Shown: in pieces, positions 15,401-27,875 of the stretch
How the letters are laid out: every line of letters begins with the position of its first letter
How positions within the stretch are numbered: position 1 is the first letter of the stretch
Assembly (NCBI RefSeq): GCF_003918875.1
Contig: NW_025765246.1
Location: 1-64,000 of the forward strand
Length of the DNA stretch: 64,000 nt
Source: Haliotis rubra
Lineage: Eukaryota
Direction: 5' to 3'
The notes under the pieces: generated by a model
What the model was told of the DNA's origin: nothing
The model's input: the letters and a program-made list of their open reading frames with translations, nothing else
The model's database searches: none
Program-made: the position numbers and the translations under genes

Positions 15401-16639
15401 CTAAATAAGTCGTTTTTCCACATGACAGTTTCCTGTTGTGTGTTACAAACATTTTGCTTCCACACAAATGTATTGTTGTAAATATTATTATGCAATAAGT
15501 GATCAGGTTTTTATCTTCATTTTATTTAACTTGTAAATGTCACATATCTACTTTATCAGACAAATTCAATACAATGACCTGAAAGATGTGAACATATAGT
15601 AACTTCTTCATGTGGTACAGGAGAGCTAAAACATGTCACAACTTACAACTGAGTTGATGATTCAGCAAAAAGTTGTTTCAAATCATGAATATGTTGACAG
15701 ATTTTGTTTCTACTCTGTGAAACACATACTTTAAATACCCATATGTAAAGCTTAGAAATTGAAAGATAACATTTGTAGCTGTAAAATTGACATGTTTATA
15801 TGTCAGTTTAGTTAAGCAATGAAAGTGACTGAAACAGACGAATAATGTGCCAATTTTAATGTTGCATGGTACCTGTTTTCAAGAAAAGAGATTTAGTTAC
15901 TAAATAGTATGTTTCTTTATTCTATTCACCACTGCTGTCTTTGGAAAGGATTTTGATTCCCCACAGTAATGTTTTGAGGGGTTTTCTTGGTCAATTTATC
16001 TGCACAAATAATGTCAAATGTACAATCCTGCAGTGCCCAATGCTACAGAGCCGATTACAACATGGCTCCCAATGCACATACATGTGAGTTTATAAAACTG
16101 AAAATGTGTGCGCAGTTGCTGTTGTGAAGCACTGGGTGTACCTCTAACAATGGCATGTGCAGAGATGTGTCACTCTTAGAGATGCACACCAATTTTAATA
16201 CCAGGCTATGCTGTTGGCCAGTTTCTCTGTCCATTCTGCCCGTATCATTATGACATGAGTTGATAAACAATACCTACAGTCTAACCCCATTGAAGTGGAC
16301 TAAATGAATGTTATTGTTGAAGGTTAAATGTTGAACGCTGAATGCTGCAACTTTTGAATGTTTCCTTTTTATAAAACTTGTAACTGTCACACGTCAAACT
16401 TATCAAATTCCGTACATTGACCTGAAAGATGTGGACATATAAGTAACTTGTTCATGTCTTGCATGTTGTGTACAACAACGTAACAAGGTTAGCTAAATAT
16501 GTCGTTTTTCCACTGGACAGTTTCCTGTTGTGTGTTACATTTTGCATCCACACAAATATATTGTAATTATTATTATGTAATGGGTGATCAGTTTGTTATC
16601 TTCTTTCTTCGACTTGTAAATATTACTTGGAAATATAAT

Positions 16640-18900
16640 CACAAGGATGATCAGTTAAACCTGTTCAATTTCATCCGCACAGCGCCTTAGCAGAATGTCC
16701 CGTCTGCATAGTCAAGCAGGGTCATCCAGCAAAAACGTCTCCACCTCCTGATATCCAATCACTACTTTAGGATATTTTGAGCCTTGACGAACAATCACGT
16801 CACCACTTTTATGACGGTCTTGTCAGGAGTATTTCCCCTGAGGGCAGGAGTCAAATTGCTAGGTGTTTGGGGGCATGTATGAAGAAAGGCATTGAGAATG
16901 ATGCTAGGTCTTTTGCCAATCAGTATAAAGATAGGGATTTTTGGGCAAATGTAAACACCCGGAAATGGATAGAAGATAGGAATCCGATTTTGATATCACT
17001 TTTAGAAACCGCGATGGAAGCAAACAAAACAAATATATTTCTAACAGCAAGGGCAGTGGAACAAATATATAAACTTTATGTCCCCAATTTGATCTCCCCC
17101 TTCTCCTTCTTGCAAAATCTTCCCATTTATATGGTAACAGGCAGTGGATGTGATGGGCCATGGTGTCTATCTGGCCGTTACCAGATGGTGCAGCAATGGC
17201 TAAAAGAGCATGGGCCCGGTATCCAGATGGTGCCAGATGGTCTCGTTGTTAATGTATTTGACAACGAGCAGGTTATGGGACGAAAAAACAGGATCGCTCC
17301 GAACCTAGCCACTCCCATATCCGTGATTACTAACATGGGCTATGTTTTATTAGATGCCGCGTCCACTGTCCAAAGTGAAGAACATTTAAAGCCCCCACCG
17401 CCAAAACGCATATGCGAGTCTGGCGCGGCATCACACCCGAGTTGCAAAGAATATGAGTTGTTGCACAAGCAACAACTCTATATGTTTATTGACAAAGCCA
17501 TTAAAGTAGTGACACAGGAAAGCACAGGTAGTGGCGATGGGGATTTCATAGACATAGCGTTAGGTAGGTTGTCAAAGAAGGATATTGTTTGTGAATCATG
17601 TGGGTTTCTAATTCTAGGCCACGGAATTTTCTCTAAAATTTTCGGATTCTTCAATCCTTCCTACAGAGGAACAGTACAGCCACGTCCCATCAGCCCACGA
17701 CGGGAAACATGACATTGTTCTCACTGATCCGTTATACGTTAACCCGAATAGTTCAGATACAGTCAAAGAGGTGTTGCGCCAGATAGGGAGGGAAAACAAC
17801 CTGATCCGATATGGAGGCAGCAAAAGACATTGGACTGTCGTTTGTTGTGACGGATTGCCTTATTCAATCATTAAGAAATTGAAGGAAGAAGCACGTATCT
17901 GCCAGGCCTGTGATGAAACCTTTTCAAACCAAAAATCACTTGAATCTCACAAAAACTACTGTGTCGATGCAGTTTCGGAATTCGAATTTGATTGGGTGTA
18001 TCTGAAAATCGGGTCTGGGCATTATGAAATTAATCTGATTAAAGCTTTTTTCGAACAACTGGACACCCTTTCTAGAGTACTATTGTCACGCCATGGGCTT
18101 CCAGACTGACGCGGCCAAAAGGTCAGTGAAAAACACAAGCGATCACCATAAGAGTTGGGCGCTGTTACTTGCATTTCATCTGGGCACTCTTGGTGAGCTC
18201 GTCCGCCCATATGTCGCGTCTCAGCCAGCACCCCATTCGGCCGAGGGGTTCTTGATTTATGCCAAATCAAATTACACTTCCCCAATTGCTAGGTATCTTT
18301 TGGAACAGGTTTTTAGGTATTCCCAGGGGATCATTAATTCAAGGATGGCCGTACGTAGGAATCACTCCCCTCTCCTCCAAGGTGCAAAATACATGACTAG
18401 GGAATTATTTCACGGTAGGAATCACCCAAAATATAGGGACATTGAGGTATTCGATGAATTTCAGTACATGGTTATGCCCCCTGAAGTTCAAGATCTTTTC
18501 GATAGGTATGTTTCAAGCACGACCAGTGGCCATCCATCTCTAGAGGAGTGTTTTGATTTTGTGCTGGAAGAAAAAAACAAGCGTGTAAAAGATGTCATTC
18601 CGAAGGGAATCCCAAGTGATGAAATTTGGCTCTCTGCCTGCCGAAACGAGTCGGTGTTGACAGAAATTCAGCAAAAGACACTTGTAGTAGCTTGGCATAT
18701 CGAAGCCTGGTACTAGGCTGAGACCGCTCAACCTAGAGGACGCCATTGCGTCTTGGCCTACGCCTCAGGCAAACCAGGTACATCGAGGGCACTGATGTGC
18801 ATTGCCAGTATAACTGGATGCGGCCCCGATCCCTGTCTGGTAGACTTTACTAAAGACAGGCTGTCTTCATCACAGCTGAGGAAAGATCCCTCAACTCAGG
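16640..18900 (+). pseudogene. Frameshifted DUF6589-like putative RNase H-fold (DDE) transposase/nuclease with an inserted C2H2-like finger
   Basis: Overlapping ORFs 16777-17712, 17771-18109 and 18093-18716. Motifs in order: NVFDNEQ, WTVVCCDGLPY, CQAC..SH..YC, LKIGSGHYEIN, DFVLEEKNKRVK, matching the DN...D...GxxH...D..E..N..K layout I associate with DUF6589-like proteins. AATAAA signals at ~19046 and ~19088. Family assignment is by recalled motif, not by search. Confidence 0.6.
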
Positions 18901-19361
18901 CCCGGAATCATTAACGATAAGGGACCTTCAGAGAGAAATTACGCGATGGCTGCCTCGGCTTTCCCAGGCAGATCGCGAGGCCTTCACCATAAAATTCAAC
19001 GCCAGGGGTAAAAAAAAAAGAGTCGTACATTTCTCTTTACAATGAAATAAAGGTTTTATTGCAAGATTGAATGCTTTGTTATGTTTTCAATAAATAAATA
19101 CATCTGATTGTCCCTTGTCTCTTGTTTGTACAACTATGTAAATAACAACAATACTATGTAAATAGTTCAGCAATTTTAAACATGTCTATTGTGTTCATTG
19201 TAAATATTCCATGATTTTAGCCTGTCCCGATGTTAACATGTACTGCCCTGCTATTTTGTTCACATGTATGTAAATTATATTCCCTGTTCTGATTTTAACT
19301 GGTTTTCACGGTCAGAACGTGTTGCAAACAACTCATCATATCACATCTTCTCCCTCTTTAG

Positions 19362-20866
19362 ATCAGGATGGAACATGCACGTGCCAAGTTGGGTATGAAA
19401 GTGGTTGTTGAAGATGAAACACGGATGGAGAAGAACGCCAAGAACGCACTGAAGCAACGGAATGGCGGACAATAAGGGGCATGGTGCGACAAGCCGAGAA
19501 GTTGTCGAAGGAGGTGCCGACGACGGAGTTTCTGGTGGTGTTGTCGTTCAAGGGAGGGATCAAGTTCACCGGCACCGGGTCGCTTCTGGACCATTTCAAG
19601 AACGGTGAACCCTTGACCGACGTAAAGCCTCGTGGAGTGAGTTACACCAAGGACACACAGAATGACGTGGTCGACTGTTTTGAACCGCCGCCATGCATAG
19701 AAGTGAGCACACGAGAGGGGAGCACCGCAAGATACCCGGACACAGAGTTGTCTGATCTCTATCAGAACGTCAGGCGACAGTAAGTGATTTTGATATGTCT
19801 GAACTGAAACACAGATAAAAGATTATGTTGGCCGGGTACTCTTCCATAATTTTACTTTCAGACTAATACCAGAGCAAATGGAGCCACCTACCCAAAACGC
19901 CAACGTCGAGCCTGAAGGTTGCAGTGACCAAGCAACATCACATAAAAGAGCCAGACAAGGTTGGTAATAGTATGTCTCACCGTCCCTACTGCCTAGCCCT
20001 CCCTGCAGTGCTAAAGCCCTAAATCTAGATTTCCCCACGTTCAGGTCTGAATTTCTGGTCTGCCTTGAGCTCCTTTTCAATATAAATTGGTTTATTTGTT
20101 ACATTCAAAACTAATTTGGTATCTAGTGCGACCTAGTCTGCGGAATGTACATAGCCAGGTACGAATGTCATCTCTTTTTTCATTGTAGTAACTCACGCCG
20201 CAAATACCCTGGAAGAGGAACAGCCACGAAGTGCAGCCACCATGACAACCAGAAAAAAGGGACCACACCAGGGAACTGCACCGCAAGAGAACCGCTTAAC
20301 CACGAGGTATTCACCAGGCGCAAAATGTTCCATAAATATAGGGCTGTGTTTAGGACCAGTATACCGAATTGTTGTTTTTTTCAACCCATTCAACGATGCC
20401 TTAAATTACTGTCAAGTAACCATTATTCTTATTTATTAACTTTTCACCTAAATTACTGTTGATGTGTTACAAATTGATATATGTTTCAGTGTTCCCAGTC
20501 TACAAGCAGGGACATGTGTCTATGTGGCCGTTCCTACCTCATTAAACTGCACAGTGCCATTTGTTGCTGAGGTTGGTTATGTTTCATCGTCGCTAGGTTC
20601 TAAACTGTTAAAACGGGATGACAAATATCAACATAAGGGATTGAATTTCACCGTTGCGTTTGTGTTCTACACAGCTAAAAACCTCCTATTAATTTTTTCG
20701 CCAGGTGACGCAGAGTCAACCGTTAAATGTGAAGTATCTTCATCCAAGTAAGACAAGGGGATCCTGGCACTTCCCCGACAAGGAAGACACGGGTGCAGTC
20801 AATACAGACGACATCATTACAGTGTTGGCGGCACCCCAAACTAGGATATCAGGCTCCCGTTTCTAG
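19362..20866 (+). CDS. Small spliced gene (exons ~19362-19779, 19862-19959, 20189-20306, 20490-20571, 20705-20866) with a C-terminal Tudor/SH3-like domain; 5' end unresolved, may contain indels
   Basis: Canonical AG/GT sites with pyrimidine tracts and short introns. The last three exons are phase-compatible and give VPSLQAGTCVYVAV...PFVAE|VTQSQPLNVKYLHPSKTRGSWHFPDKEDTGAVNTDDIITVLAAP. AATAAA near 21244. Confidence 0.55.
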
Positions 20867-22974
20867 GCGGAGTTCAGGGACCTGCCCTGAAGACCTGTCG
20901 TGTTTCTTCTGTGTGAGTGGTCTCATGGTTCTGTTGCCAGTGATATGCGTGCGTGCATGCATGCGTGTACGTACAGTGGTAAATGTATATCGATGTGTTT
21001 ATTTGTATGACAGGGATATGTGTGTGTGTGTCTTTCCAGTTGTAAATGTACATAAATTGTGTTTATTTCTAATACCTATTTTTACTTATTGCGTGTGTGG
21101 TTTCTTTTATGGTTATATATTTCTATATCGTGGTCTGTGTGTGTGTGTGTGTGTGGTTTGTCTGTATTTATTTGTATGACAGTGCTCATAGTATATATAA
21201 AGATATAACTGAACATAGCTTTTGTGTTCATTCCTCGCCATGATAAATAAAGCGTCAACAAACGATGCTCGAATACTCGTGCACGCAAATCCGATAGTGT
21301 CCCGCCCTCGTCTGGAAAATAAAGCTGTTATCGGTGACCATACCATCTAAGAAATCGGAAATTTACTACTTAAATGAATTAAGAAAAGATATTAAATAAT
21401 TATATAATAAATATGTTTATGGTCGCCGATAACTGCAGGAAAGAAATACCGCTTCTGTTTCACGTCAATAAGAAACGTATGCATTCATTTTCGCGATATA
21501 TCTGGGCAATATCGTCATGGGACCAGGATAAGCAATACAACATATTTTCTTACCTTTGCTGTGCGCACCTGGACTGGAGGAATGGAGTATTATCTTCCGC
21601 CGACATCAGGATAATTAGTTGACATAGCAATACAAAGCTTCATGATCATTAATCGCGGGTATAGGCCCTGAACCGTGTTTTTGCAGACAGAAACAACATC
21701 CTCAATTTGCAATAAACACACCCGCTGTCAGTGAGCCGTTTCAGCGGCTCTCCAGAACCCTTAAAACAATTAGCGTCGAATATGCCACACAGAGAACTCG
21801 TAAAGAACTAATTAGACACTAACTGTTTTATGAGTGTTAGCTGTTGATACAACAGCTAGTAATACTCCACACAGAATTCACCAAGAACGCAGACTGTTGT
21901 ATCAAAAGCTAACACGAAAGTTACAAGAAACGTTTTAGCAACGTTTTCAAAACAATTTATAAAAAACATGATGCATAATGCTTCCGGAAATATTTTACTC
22001 ATTTCTTTTATTTAACAAATAATACGAATAAAAATACACCTGTCGTATATTTAAACCCTTCAACGCGGTAGACCTTGGTTTCAAAGACAGTACATTTATT
22101 GAATGTGTTAAGGCATTCATACGTTTGTAAAGCCTTTTCGGGATGGGTTAACAAAACAAAAACTGCACGCTTCCGATAACACCTCACATCTGAGGAGCTT
22201 CACGTGCCATTTGAGTGGCTGACAAAGTCTTGCACATGCGTACAGGGTATGTTAAATATACCATTACACAGCTCATGCAAGCAGAAGCTGACATAATTAT
22301 ATTCTCGAACATCTAATACCGACGTGTCAACATCATGAGCTGTCATCAAATGTGCAAGAAACAGCACTGCATTTCAATTAAATTCTGAAGTTTTGTGTCT
22401 CGTAGCTGTAATGCCGGAGCCAAGACAGCCAAGGGCCGTGTAGTGGCGTGTTCGTGGCCTAGGATTATTTTTTTTGTAGGATTAATTTCTACATTTTGTC
22501 CGACAAAAGATCGATCGAGTGATCAAACTAATGTTAGACAGAATTAAACAATAAACTGTACGACTTGCAGAATACAACTTACAAGGTTCATCCTTTGTAA
22601 TTTCTTCAGCACTCATTCTCAGATAAATGTAAAAGAGCAAATGACGAAAGTGTGAAATCCGAGGTCGAGAAACCTGTTTATTCACGACTGTCAAGTAACC
22701 ACCACGCTTGGGGATTTTACGGGTTGCTTTAATCACCCCGCGCCGTGTTCTCACCCACTCGAGTTGGTCCACGGTGATTGAATTAATTAGGGGAAGTGCT
22801 TCAGTTAGTATCACGGAGCGCACCTGTCTCTCGTACACGAGACGATAGGCCGTCTCGCATACACGTTAAGTCTCTGACTGATTAGTGTATGGGCTGCTGC
22901 CAGATAAGAAGCAAACAACATACAAACGTTTCTCTGGCCATGTGAAGAGTTGCAGCCTCTAAGAACATTGTTTT

Positions 22975-23245
22975 AAATCCAACGTCTGTTCTGGTGCTCT
23001 ATGACAATAGGGCATACCCAGGAAGGGTCCTTGACTATGATGAAGAAAATGACATATATGTTGATTGTATGTCACATGTTTCAAGAAAAGAAAATTGTTT
23101 TTTTTTGGGGCCCTCAATGAAGGACCGGTGTTGGTATTCATATGATTCAATTAGTAGCTGTAATTCCAGATCCACGAGGGAATGTGAATTCGAGACACAA
23201 GGAGGTTAACCAAACCATTTGGGAAATAGTGTCACATCACGTAAA
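22975..23245 (+). pseudogene. Isolated Tudor/SH3-like domain fragment of the type seen at C-termini of invertebrate DNA-transposon proteins
   Basis: ORFs 22994-23209 and 23142-23342 joined: VLYDNRAYPGRVLDYDEENDIYVDCMSH..ENCFF..PSMKDRCWYSYDSI/VAVIPDP...RH. Confidence 0.5.
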
Positions 23246-24184
23246 GAGCTTGACAAATTTATTTTATCTTGTTTTATGTGTTGGTGAAAATAAGGGAAAG
23301 AGTTTCTGCATTTGTTCTGTCACTACAATTGATGTAAACTAAGATTGCTCATAATCTTGGGATAGTGCCTGGTAAGATTACTAATAAATACAGACAATAT
23401 ACTTGATTGTTCGTGTTTATGCATATTGTGACAGTTTCCCATTTAACTGGGTATTGAATTGTGTAATTATTGTCAAGTAGTGATGATGACCGACAGTGGC
23501 TATGATACATATAAGATGTAAATTTTGAATGACAGTAATATTGTATTATCTGCGAGAATGTTCATTTTGATTGATGTTGTATCATCTGAGAGAATATGTC
23601 TCTTTGGAACGGTAGCAGAGATATGTTACGTGTCAAAACATGTTATTTGTACAGCATTGAACAAGCGAATAAATTGATGGGAATCACAGTTATTTATAAT
23701 AAAGATTATTTCTGTTCTACAATGAATATGATTGGACGTAAAATATATTTTTGGGTTTTATTGAAAAGAATTAATAATACAACCTCGAGCAAAATGTCCC
23801 TGTCTACATCCACTGAACACCGACTCCAACGTTCCAGCCAGATATGATACATGTAATTGGTGTGGGCATTTTAAGTGTTTGCTTCCAAACAAGCCATTCT
23901 GTGAGAGTTGCTCGCATTCAGGTCGAGAGTGCGTTGTACGCCGTCACCCTCTTTCCGAGCGTTTCTACACTCAACATGTGAAGCAGTGCGACTCGTGTGT
24001 TGGAGAAGACGTGAGTGGTATGAGGCAATGTGAGGCGCGTCAACCAGATCGGAGGAGGTCAGCGGTCATCGCTAACTGGTCACTGAGGACAACAACAATC
24101 ACCCCAGTGAAACAAACAATGTTGACATTCTGATCAACATACAAACAATTTTGCATGATTTTATGACAAAGAAAAAGGAATGAA

Positions 24185-24860
24185 ATGGCTTCTAACGTTA
24201 AACTTCAATTTATTAAATATGATGAAAATAATGAAAGTAAGTTGGTTGAACCTGTTTTGAGAACTACTCCAGAATTGCTAGCAGCCGCTCCAGAGGTGAA
24301 TTACTCGCTTGGAAAACTACCAGTATGGGGGGTAGAGGTATATTGCGACCCTCCACTTATCCCCACCATATCAGTACCGACCGTAGATATTATACAGCGG
24401 TTGAACGCCATCCTAAAAGATTTCCAGTCTGACAGATAAGGTGTTCCGCCAGGTCCTGGGGTTTCGGAAGAACGCTCGGTGTCTGGTGGGGGAGATAGGT
24501 TTAGACCACTCCGTCCCAGTGTGGGAGTGGAAGGCTCAGGAAACCGCACTGAAAGAGTTGTTACTGCATGTCCCAACATGGCAACAAAAACAAAACTGAA
24601 GCGCCATATGCCATGGCATACCAAAGAGTCTGAATGCAGTGGTAGCGAGAAGTAGTTCGCTTCAAAGGGACAACTAAAGATCCACAGTCTGTTGCATGAA
24701 AAGCATGCATCCGAATACCAGTGTTTCCAGTTTGGCTATGTGACTGTAACTATGTGTCCATTTGGAAAGCTAGTGTTAATCGTCATGTTAAGAGGAAACA
24801 CAATGACACATGGCAACACATATGTGACAAATATGGAAATGAGGGAAGAACTGTTTTATC
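24185..24860 (+). pseudogene. Fragmented ORF with zinc-finger-like segments, function unknown
   Basis: ATG ORF 24185-24439 is followed by GC-richer coding-like sequence with KLKRHMPWH and LCDCNY...VNRHVKRKH segments. Confidence 0.3.
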
Positions 24861-27419
24861 ATTATCTTATTTATGGTTCATAGTTACAGATACTAAAGGC
24901 TAAATTTGCCTTCTTTGTAGTAATATAGCTGTCTTTCATATGTTTATGTGCTAAATGTATGTCACACATTGTATAAGATGTTATTTTCATTGCAGTAAAC
25001 CATCAATGGTTCAGGATATTCACAATGTTCTAAAGTGAATGGTATCCATCTAAGATGTTCTCAGCTATCTGCATACTTTGAGCATAATTAATATATACTG
25101 GCCATTTCAAGAAAAATTGTAAACATTTATTCTGATTTTTCAGAACTTGTGTGGCCGAGATAATTTTAGATATTTTAGAAACATGTTTTAATCCAGCTTG
25201 TTTCTGTCTCATCAAGTGCCTGTACAAGCTATATCACTTAAGCAGTGACAATAGATTCACCCCAGCACTTATATAACTTTTAACTTCACAATAGCCACTT
25301 TCAATCTAAAGACAAGTGCATTGCATTGTCTGCCCTTTTCCTGTTTCCTTATTATGTAAGTCAACTTGCCTACAGTCCAACTTTACTTCACAAGGCAGAT
25401 GTGAGATACAACTTTAACAAGTCTGAGGTTTCATATTGCTCAGTGAATAGTTTGGCATTTTTTGTGGACTGAGTGGCTGAGGATTTCACTATCTCTCTCT
25501 ATGTAAGATTAAAGTACTGTCCGAAATAGAAAAAAACTGTTTTTAGGCTGTTAATCTGTATCCCTAAAATTTACACAACTGCAAATAGCATATGTCGAAA
25601 TAACCCACTTTGGCCTAACTTGGCATGCAGTGGGATGCGTAATAGGATATCCATAAAAGCATGTTTATTCGTAAAATCGGGCAAAACTTAGAAAAAATAT
25701 GAATAGCTGCTGAAAACAATAGATCAGACTATAGATGGCAATTAGGTCGCTCAGCCAGGTATGACGACGGACCGACCGACGGATGTTTTTGAGGTGATAG
25801 AATTTTAGATTCTGCTTCTTTTCTGGAGGGCTTGAGCCTTGGAGTTATTGTTCACCTTCGCACACACTAAACAATTAAGAACTGTGTATTTAATGGCGAA
25901 GAGAGACATAGCTGCTGACATTTTTACAGATTTCATGCACTTGAAGGTTTTGAATGGTGTGAAGTGTGATCATTATCATGAAAGGCCTCAAATTATCTTG
26001 GAACTTGATTATCAATATTATAGCGCATAAGAGTCTCAGAGGAAGCATTATCATGGCGAACCTAATACCTCTTTTCATGTTTGGATTAACCTTGGCATTA
26101 CAGTTACGCAGAATAGTGAGCTTGATAGGGTTTATGCTGTGCTGTTTGGCATGCTTGTGGAGATTGAACGTGTTGATGGGTTATACTTGAACAATAACAG
26201 TGTTTCCGCGGACTTCATTATTTATCGGACACTGTGTCTGGCAACCTAAAATTTTACCGGTCATGAATGAACTTTGCCAGTCATATCCTATCACCATACT
26301 GCAAGTACTCATTTTAAAGTTATTTTCAGTCGGCATATTTCCAAAACATAACAATTTTTGTGACCATGAAAGCACAGCCAAGACTGTCATTTCGCTTACC
26401 CATGATTTTTTCTTTTTAAAACATGATTATGTAGCGGACAGTGTCCGGCTGGCTTTCAATTTACTGGTCCCCAACGAATTTTACAGGCGATTTGCAGGTA
26501 TATACCAGAGAACGGAAACACTGAATAACCATATTAAGCGAGCTGAAATGATGGGTTTCTGATACTAGGCTTCTAAAAATCGTGTAATCAATGGAGCGAG
26601 GTATCAGTGACTTACATAGGCATCTAAACTATTTGCCTCTGGTGGAAAAAGCATTGTTTTCTCGCATCGGTAATTTTCTCTTTTTTTATCTTGAGGAAAA
26701 TAGTGAGTGAGTTTAGTTTTACGTCGTACTAAGCAATATTCAAGCTATAAGGTGCTGGTTTGTAAATAACAGAGTCTGGACCAGACAATCCAGTGATCAA
26801 CAGCATGAGCATCAATCTACACTTTGGGGGTACAATGACATGCGTCAACCAAGTCAGCGAGCCTGACCACCCGATGCCACTAGCCGGCTCTTACAAGAAG
26901 CCTGGGTTACTGAAGACCAATTCTACCCAAATCGTCACGGGTATCTTGATGAAAATAAAATTGATATCAAAATATTTCATTTTTGCAATAATAAGAAAAC
27001 TACTAGATACCTTTGTAAAACTTCAACATTGTGCAGACTTGGGGAAGAATATCAGCCTCTGGGAACTAATAAAACCCTATATATCACAGAACTGCTTAAA
27101 TAAACTGAAGCATCAATTTGCTACCTAAAACCCTTGATTGTCCAATAGATGGAGCCAATCCACTGGAGGTATGCCAGAACACATCTCACTGTTAGATACA
27201 TATCAATATGCATAATTGTAACAAAACAAAAACTATATGTTAGTGTGAATAGCATTCATATTTGCAGGGATAAGTTCACTTTTGGCATTAAAAGCACTAT
27301 AGTCAGCACCAGAGCTCCAGGTGTGCTGTGAATCTTGGTAAAATACACACATAAAATGACAACTAAATAATAAAACAGCCACTAAATAGTGGAACAACAT
27401 TGTGCATAGTTACTTGCGT

Positions 27420-27870
27420 ACTGACATCTGTTGTAGTTCTGTTGTAGGCACAGGTTGACGTCTGCTGTTGTTCTGTTAAGATCTCTGACAATGGCTGACG
27501 TCTGCTGTTGTTCTGTTGACACATGCTGTTTTTCTGTTGTTAAAATCTCTGATTAAGTCTGACCTTTTGTTGTAAAATGTTCAGCTCTCAGATAAAGGCA
27601 GACATCTGCTGTCTGTTGTTAAAATCCAAGTCAAAGGCTGACATCTTATGTCTGCTTTTAAAATCTTAAAGAAAGGCTGATATCTTATGTCTGCTGTCTG
27701 ATGTTAAAATCCAATTGAAAGACTGACATTTGACGTCTGCTGTCTGTTGTTAACATTCAAGTTCAAGGCTGACATCTGACGTTAAAATCCAAGTGAAAGA
27801 CTGACATTTGATGTCTGCTGTTCAACCCCGAGTGAAAGACTGACATCTGCTGTTCTGTTCTGTTGCTGTC
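27420..27870. repeat. Degenerate short tandem repeat (ctgacatctgctg..tgttaaaatc) in the NHLRC2 3' UTR region
   Basis: About 10 diverged units immediately downstream of the stop codon. Confidence 0.7.
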
Positions 27871-27875
27871 ATTTG

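Larger units (their letters stand above)
1..16620. repeat. Complex modular higher-order tandem repeat (macrosatellite); begins before the window
   Basis: The core aacttgtaaatgtcacatatctactttatcagacaaattcaatacaatgacctgaaagatgtg(a/g)acatataagtaac recurs every ~220-500 bp. Periods seen from matching landmarks: ~734 bp (257/991; 8462/9195), ~4097 bp (1360/5457; 2357/6453) and ~1962 bp (10100/12063/14025/~15987). Confidence 0.97.

Noticed and set aside
1-16620. CRISPR-like repeat-spacer array
   Set aside because: The core is ~75 bp, the 'spacers' are long and reused many times, there are no cas genes, and the context is eukaryotic.
257-16690. Numerous 60-90 aa ORFs within the array
   Set aside because: They recur with the repeat period, have low-complexity Y/C/I composition and vary in frame between copies; chance ORFs apart from the OB-fold exons.
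20793-21346. 128-aa Cys/Val-rich ORF and antisense ORFs
   Set aside because: Derived from (GT)n-rich 3' UTR-like sequence.
21835-21913. Short inverted repeat (tgttagctgttgatacaacag / ctgttgtatcaaaagctaaca) as an element terminus
   Set aside because: No TSD or matching partner elsewhere in the window; too little evidence.
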